Virus record (IMG/VR): IMGVR_UViG_3300024177_000002
Direction: 5' to 3' (one strand)
Source of the DNA: an uncultured virus (IMG/VR IMGVR_UViG_3300024177_000002)
Lineage: Duplodnaviria; Heunggongvirae; Uroviricota; Caudoviricetes
DNA length: 64,000 nt
The position numbers and the translations under genes are program-made. Every line of letters begins with the position of its first letter. Positions within the stretch are counted from its first letter, which is position 1. The notes below the pieces were generated by a model. It was not told where the DNA came from. It searched no databases and worked only from the letters and a program-made list of their open reading frames with translations. Below, piece after piece: positions 58,864-64,000 of this stretch.

Positions 58864-59206
58864 AAAGTAATTATGGACTCATCTGCATTCTCAGGCATAG
58901 CGAAAGTTTGGACTTTTATGCTTGCAGTTCTTTTGCTGGCATTGCCGCTTGGAATTTGGAAGCTGATTGAAATCATAGTTTGGTTATTTCGCCACCTGAA
59001 GGTTAATTGGATATGACCGCTAAAAAACACAGAGCCATCGTATCAGGCGCACTGCTGAACATCTGGCATAGGAAACTTCAGAATGCGGCCAGAAAGAAGG
59101 GATATGCATGGCTCATTCAAGGCGCGGAAGATCACCGTTCGGGATTTGAGGAAGGGTTGACGGTATATGAAGAACTTGAATCACAAATTGATTCTGCAAG
59201 GAGAAC

Positions 59207-59811
59207 ATGACCGCTGAACTTTTTGAATCGAAACCGCGCTTCAAAGGCTGCCTTCCGATTTGTCTTGAGGCAAATCTCCCATCAGCAAAAACGAAGGACG
59301 AGCTTCGGGAATTTCTGAAAAAGAACGGGCCAAGTTGCCATGTTCTGAAGGTTTGGGCCTGTAGTTTTTGTGGATGCTTTCATGCGGAGACTGCGCCTCC
59401 CGACCCCAGCGGCGCGAGTTCCGGCACAGGCCGTCACGGTCGAAAACGAATTGAGCTTTCCGAGTTATGAAAACTAAACACAACAAAGACTGTGAACTTG
59501 GTGATAACTGGCGAGATTGTCCTGGCTGTAATCCGCTGCGCACGGATTTCCCTCCAGCAGTAAAAGCTCGAATCAAATCTGATTTCGAGGCACGGATCAA
59601 AGCGAAGCACGAGCTTACCAGACCCTCAAACGGATGCTGCCCATCGTGCGGCGATCCATGGACTGACCACACTGGTAAAATTCCGCTCTGCGTGGCGCTG
59701 AGGACGGCTTTGGAGACGTTAAGGCAGATTTCTGCGCTCCCGCGAGGCGGACGCGCAAAAAGGCTTGCGGCGAGCACTCTGAGGTTCCTGGAAAGCCAGA
59801 TGGAGTTATGA
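59207..59811 (+). CDS. two Cys-rich hypothetical genes (59207-59470, 59467-59811)
   Basis: ATGA-coupled ORFs. Confidence 0.55.
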
Positions 59812-60719
59812 GCGAACCTATTCATATCATATCACTGGGAGCAGGCGTGCAATCAAGTTGCATGGCGCTCATGGCTGCTGCCGGCAAAATTACACCGATG
59901 CCTAAATGCGCCATATTCGCGGATACTCAGGATGAACCTGAATCGGTTTACAGGTGGCTGGACTGGCTTGAAAAGCAGTTGCCGTTTCCGGTTCACCGCG
60001 TCACTAAAGGCAGTTTGAGTGAGCAGGCTTTGAAGATGCGAACCACCAAAGACGGGCGTAGTTTCACGGTGACAAGCATTCCGTATCACACGCTCTCCGA
60101 TGGTGAAGAAACTCGGTGTGTGAATTGCGCCACTCACACCCATCGCCAATTTAAGGGAATGAAGTGCGATGAATGCGGAGGTAGTCGGTTTGAAATAAAG
60201 TCGGTAAATCGAGTCGGTATGATTCCGCACAGAACTTGCACGGCGGATTTCAAAATTAAACCGCTTCTGAAAGAAGCACGTAAACAAGGCGGAATAAAGC
60301 GCGGGCAAAAAACAATCGGAGTCGTTCAGTGGATCGGTATTTCGCTGGACGAAATTACACGCATGAAGCCAAGTCGGGAGCCGTGGTGTGAATCTCGATG
60401 GCCGCTGGTTGATGCGCGAATGAATCGACACGATTGCCTTCGGTGGATGGAAAATAATGGATTTCCGAAGCCTCCAAGAAGCGCCTGTGTTTATTGCCCA
60501 TTCCACTCCAATGCAGAATGGTCACGTTTAAAAAGAGATGAGCCAGTTGCCTTTGAGCGAGCAGTTGCCAAGAGTAAAGGTTTGACCAGTAATTTTCATA
60601 GCAAGATTTTTCTTCATAAATCTTGCAAGCCTTTGGACGAGGTGGATTTCTCAACGGAAGAAGAACGCGGCCAAATCAACATGTTTGAAAATGACTGCTC
60701 AGGCATGTGTGGCGTGTGA
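59808..60719 (+). CDS. PAPS-reductase-like (PP-loop) putative DNA-modification protein with inserted Zn ribbon
   Basis: SLGAGVQS, FADT..E, CT.DFKIKP, WIGISLDE..RMK, PRSACVYCPFH, CSGMCGV. Confidence 0.82.
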   Translation: MSEPIHIISLGAGVQSSCMALMAAAGKITPMPKCAIFADTQDEPESVYRWLDWLEKQLPFPVHRVTKGSLSEQALKMRTTKDGRSFTVTSIPYHTLSDGEETRCVNCATHTHRQFKGMKCDECGGSRFEIKSVNRVGMIPHRTCTADFKIKPLLKEARKQGGIKRGQKTIGVVQWIGISLDEITRMKPSREPWCESRWPLVDARMNRHDCLRWMENNGFPKPPRSACVYCPFHSNAEWSRLKRDEPVAFERAVAKSKGLTSNFHSKIFLHKSCKPLDEVDFSTEEERGQINMFENDCSGMCGV

Positions 60720-60923
60720 CCCTATCCAAAATCCATTTCTACTTTTGCCAACTGCCACCGCCTAAATTTGAGGCTGCGCTGTGCTTTGGATTCCTCGGTC
60801 AAGCTGAGGCGGCCTTGGCTAAAATGAAGCCGTTTGAATCACTGATGGTGTCGAGGCGCGATCATTCCATGGACATGCTAGACATGGCTAGGAAACTGCG
60901 AATCAAAATCAGCACGAAGAAGA

Positions 60924-61247
60924 TCAGTGGGAAAGGCTGGTTGGTGACGAAGTTATAATTTGTATATCCGTTCCGTTTTCTTTGAACCACATTTCAACTT
61001 GTCGGGCAGCGTCAGATATTTCCCTCGGAATTTCAGGCATGAAAACTCCCGGCATGAATTGAACCGGCTCCAATCGTTTCACCCAACCAGTCGGCGGCTC
61101 TGCTGATTTCCACTCATTTCCAACTCGTTTCCACCAGGTATTGTCGGCGGCGTGAAACATGCGATCGTCGGGCGAATTGCAACAATTTTCACCGAATTTG
61201 GCCTTCGCGTAAACTATAGCCTCGAAAAAATCGTTCTTAGAACTCAT
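60924..61247 (-). CDS. hypothetical protein
   Basis: 107-aa ORF. Confidence 0.5.
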   Translation of the reverse strand: MSSKNDFFEAIVYAKAKFGENCCNSPDDRMFHAADNTWWKRVGNEWKSAEPPTGWVKRLEPVQFMPGVFMPEIPREISDAARQVEMWFKENGTDIQIITSSPTSLSH

Positions 61248-61416
61248 ATTGAAAGTTTGGCTACGCGCCGTTTCTCTGCGTTCCTGACCTCGTTGATCCG
61301 GCGCTTCAGCCAGATGGGATTATACCATGGATAGCTTGGCATCACCGTATCAAACACTTCCTGCGTTGTTGCATCTGGATTTACGGCCAGAACTTTCTTG
61401 ATGATGGCAGTGATGT

Positions 61417-61494
61417 TCACGGCTCAATAAATTCAATCGGTATTCCAAGTTCTTTGGCGATCTCCATTTCAGCTTTCACGCCGACGGATTGTTG
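61417..61494 (-). pseudogene. C-terminal remnant of a DUF1937/nucleoside 2-deoxyribosyltransferase-like gene
   Basis: Startless frame QQSVGVKAEMEIAKELGIPIEFIEP* overlapping the MTase 3' end. Confidence 0.65.
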
Positions 61495-62024
61495 TTAAAC
61501 GTGATTAGTTTTGCATCGAGTTTAGATTGCCGGATTGCCAAAACTTTGTTCTCTCCATATGCCACAAGGCAGGACGGCGCACCAATGCAGTTGTCACTCA
61601 GCTTACCGGTGACGTGGTGGAAAATGAGTCGGCCACGAAAGAAAAATATCGCGTCAGCCTTATTCCGTACGGTCTTAAAGAACATTCCGGTTTCAGTTCT
61701 GGCGCAGATAAGCGCGATTCCGTTGCCATGATCAGCCAAACGACGCATGAATCGGACACATTCTTTGCCATAAGGCGGATTCATCCAAACGCGACCAGTC
61801 CACGGTTTAATGAGTCCGTTATCAAGAATTGTATAGTGATTCTTGGCGGTAGGCCATGGCCGATTTATGGGAGAACTTGGGTCTAGGTCGAATTCGCCGA
61901 GGGCCTTGATAATTTCAGGTGGTGTAAGCCATTCATCCTTGCCGTCTTTTAGCGACTCAAAAATACCAAACCCAGCAGGAGTAATGTTAGGATCATTCGT
62001 TCCGTCTAAAAGAACCTGATTCAT
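61476..62024 (-). CDS. phage DNA N6-adenine methyltransferase (Dam-like)
   Basis: DEWLTPP, FDLDP, VWMNPPY, ARTET, RGRL.F. Confidence 0.9.
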   Translation of the reverse strand: MNQVLLDGTNDPNITPAGFGIFESLKDGKDEWLTPPEIIKALGEFDLDPSSPINRPWPTAKNHYTILDNGLIKPWTGRVWMNPPYGKECVRFMRRLADHGNGIALICARTETGMFFKTVRNKADAIFFFRGRLIFHHVTGKLSDNCIGAPSCLVAYGENKVLAIRQSKLDAKLITFNNNPSA

Positions 62025-62097
62025 AATCCGTCATGCATTTTCCTCTCCAAAAACGTCTGGTAATCCAATGCGGGTTTTTGATCGGTGATGTTCATGG

Positions 62098-62436
62098 CTA
62101 TGCTTCGATCACGTGCCGCCATCTGGCATAAAATGCGTCCATGGCCTGAACGGCGGCGATGTTGTCGTTAGGGTCTTTGACTAAATCACCGCCAGCGTTT
62201 TTGTGTCCGAAAAATATTGAGCTAACGTAATTTGAGTACATTTCCGGGTGATCCTCAAAACCGAGACGGATAGCAGAATCCGCGCAGACCATTTGCCACG
62301 ATGTTCCAGAAGCATCGCAAATATGTCCCGCAATACAGCCACGAGTTCCACACCACGAGGTATCCCAATCGAAATTCTCCGGTTGCGTCTTAACGCGCTC
62401 ACGAGCCTTATTCCAAAGTTCTTTGTTAAAGTTCAT
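62098..62436 (-). CDS. hypothetical protein
   Basis: PENFD...CGTRGCIAGH, a motif common in phage proteins. Confidence 0.65.
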   Translation of the reverse strand: MNFNKELWNKARERVKTQPENFDWDTSWCGTRGCIAGHICDASGTSWQMVCADSAIRLGFEDHPEMYSNYVSSIFFGHKNAGGDLVKDPNDNIAAVQAMDAFYARWRHVIEA

Positions 62437-62824
62437 TTTGTTTTTTCACAATTTCGAGGAAGCTTTCAAAAGAGTAGCATAAAAACACAGTCCAGTTCTG
62501 CATCCTCATCTTGCACGACCATTCCAATTGCTTTTCGGTTTGCTTCTTTCCGTGGGCTTTGGCTTCAACGCAAATACACAAAGGGAACGGCCCCCAGATG
62601 GTTAGGTCGTGAACGCCAGGCCCAAAAGTTGTGGGCTGATCCATTCTGGCATGAAGATAGGGCCATTGGGGCCATTGTTGGTCGCACCAATCCATGATTT
62701 CTCGATGCAATTTAGCCTCTGAATCACAACCTTTCTCCGGCAACGTGACTTGAACCGGCTCGCGCACTCGATTCCGCTCAAGCCTGCGGAGCATGTTCTC
62801 GGCGTCTATTGGGTTAATGCCCAT
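62426..62824 (-). CDS. VRR-NUC-like PD-(D/E)xK nuclease
   Basis: SEAKLH..I, GVHDL, VEAK...GKQTEKQ. Confidence 0.78.
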   Translation of the reverse strand: MGINPIDAENMLRRLERNRVREPVQVTLPEKGCDSEAKLHREIMDWCDQQWPQWPYLHARMDQPTTFGPGVHDLTIWGPFPLCICVEAKAHGKKQTEKQLEWSCKMRMQNWTVFLCYSFESFLEIVKKQNEL

Positions 62825-63067
62825 ATTCTATTCCGCAAGCGTGATTATCTCCTGCGCCACTTCAACCAATTCAGAATCCTTTGAGTCAAGAAACGCCACG
62901 GGTTGATCCAAAAGCATCGTCAGGATCGAGCGCGCAAGTTCTGCGTAAGGCGAATAATCCTTGCGCTGGACGGGCGTTAAGATGGCGGCAGTATCAATCA
63001 CGGTGAAAATTTATCAAAATAGGTCTTGAAGTCAAGCCATGAATGTGTTTTATTTTTCAGTAGTTGA

Positions 63068-63984
63068 ATGAAAGAGATTCAGGACAAATTTACGAAGCTG
63101 AAAATTTCCAGGCAAATGAAGTGGCAATTACGCAAGATGGCTAATGGTTTGTGCCATATTTGCGGCAAGCCGGCAGAAAATGGCCCTCGGTGCTTGAAGC
63201 ACATGGTTGAGCATCGAGAGTGGCAGGCAAAGCGATTTGGAACAAGGCGAAGGTATAACAGTTTATCCCGCCGCCTTGAAAAACAAACCCAAGGAAAGAA
63301 ACGACCGAGCAAGAATACCAACAAGAGATAGACGCTATCAAGAAAAGGACGATCACACTTTGGAAGATAGCCGGATGCTGTTTCCTTGGCGCATCTTTAC
63401 TTTGGCTGCCTCAAAAAGAATGGATGAAAGCATTGATGTCTGCTACCGAGGCTTGGCTGTGCTGGGTTATTTTAACCGGGAAAGGCCCGATGCCTTAATC
63501 GAATGAACTTTTCCCGCGAAAACGAAATCCTCGACGTGCTGGTTGCACTGGCCTTGCGTCAGGATGAGCTGACAGATGTGGAGATTGAAGAGCGAACCCA
63601 GATGCCGATGGCCTTGACCGATGAGGACAGGACGGCATTGCGCTCGGCTCCGGCACAATTACTGGTTGAGTTGCGATCTGCGCTCAGGCCGCAGGCGAAA
63701 GCGATGGTCGAACGATGAGACGTGTAACAATAAAAGTTTGCGATTCCGAAGCCCAAAACCGACTTAAAAAATATCGAGATGATAACGGATTTGGGCCTTA
63801 TCGTGCTTCTGTTCTGGCTGATGTTATTTGGCCGAAAACTGATTGGGTTGCGGCGCAGGGTGCTGGCGCTGCGGCCAGCCGAGTTCTGAAACGTCTTGGT
63901 TGCCGCTGGACCGCGAATAGGGAAAACTGGGGTTGGATACTGGAATTTCATATTCCGAAAGCGAAAGAGATGGCGGGACAGTGA
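63068..63984 (+). CDS. short hypothetical genes (63068-63331, 63503-63718, 63715-63984)
   Basis: Tandem ORFs downstream of a divergent promoter region. Confidence 0.55.
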
Positions 63985-64000
63985 TAAAAATCATTACACA

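Noticed and set aside
1..64000. Diversity-generating retroelement or retron
   Set aside because: No reverse transcriptase motifs and no adenine-specific template/variable repeat pair; paralogous fibre domains differ at all base types.

Overview
The whole window reads as about 64 kb of a large tailed dsDNA phage or prophage. No long-tail (tape measure or sheath) gene is visible, and the portal and tube/stabilisation genes look podovirus-like. The host is probably a Verrucomicrobiota/PVC bacterium; this is inferred from protein style only. Layout: (1) Cys-rich virion genes, terminase, portal, scaffold and major capsid on alternating strands (1-26 kb), with a glycosyltransferase/methyltransferase cluster between scaffold and capsid (12-17 kb); (2) capsid-adjacent Cys-repeat adaptor paralogues and fibre-like proteins with signal peptides and a strong Thr-Asn bias; (3) a membrane/lysis-type region (29-39 kb) interrupted by a ~4.25 kb host-like fragment broken at both ends, carrying a truncated serine recombinase, an HTH gene and a Lamassu/ABC-3C defence operon whose Sir2 effector lacks its N-terminus; (4) ERF + YqaJ recombination genes; (5) an early region with DUF3560, an ArdC-like protein, a pilin-like miniprotein, repeated intergenic hairpins and a three-promoter operator switch, next to a probable genome end near 51.2 kb; (6) replication and DNA-modification genes (two DUF1376 initiators with structured uORF leaders, iterons, DnaC-like ATPase, PAPS-reductase-like protein, N6-adenine MTase, VRR-NUC). 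No CRISPR array, rRNA, reverse transcriptase or intact integrase was found. All family assignments come from recognising motifs by eye, not from database searches.
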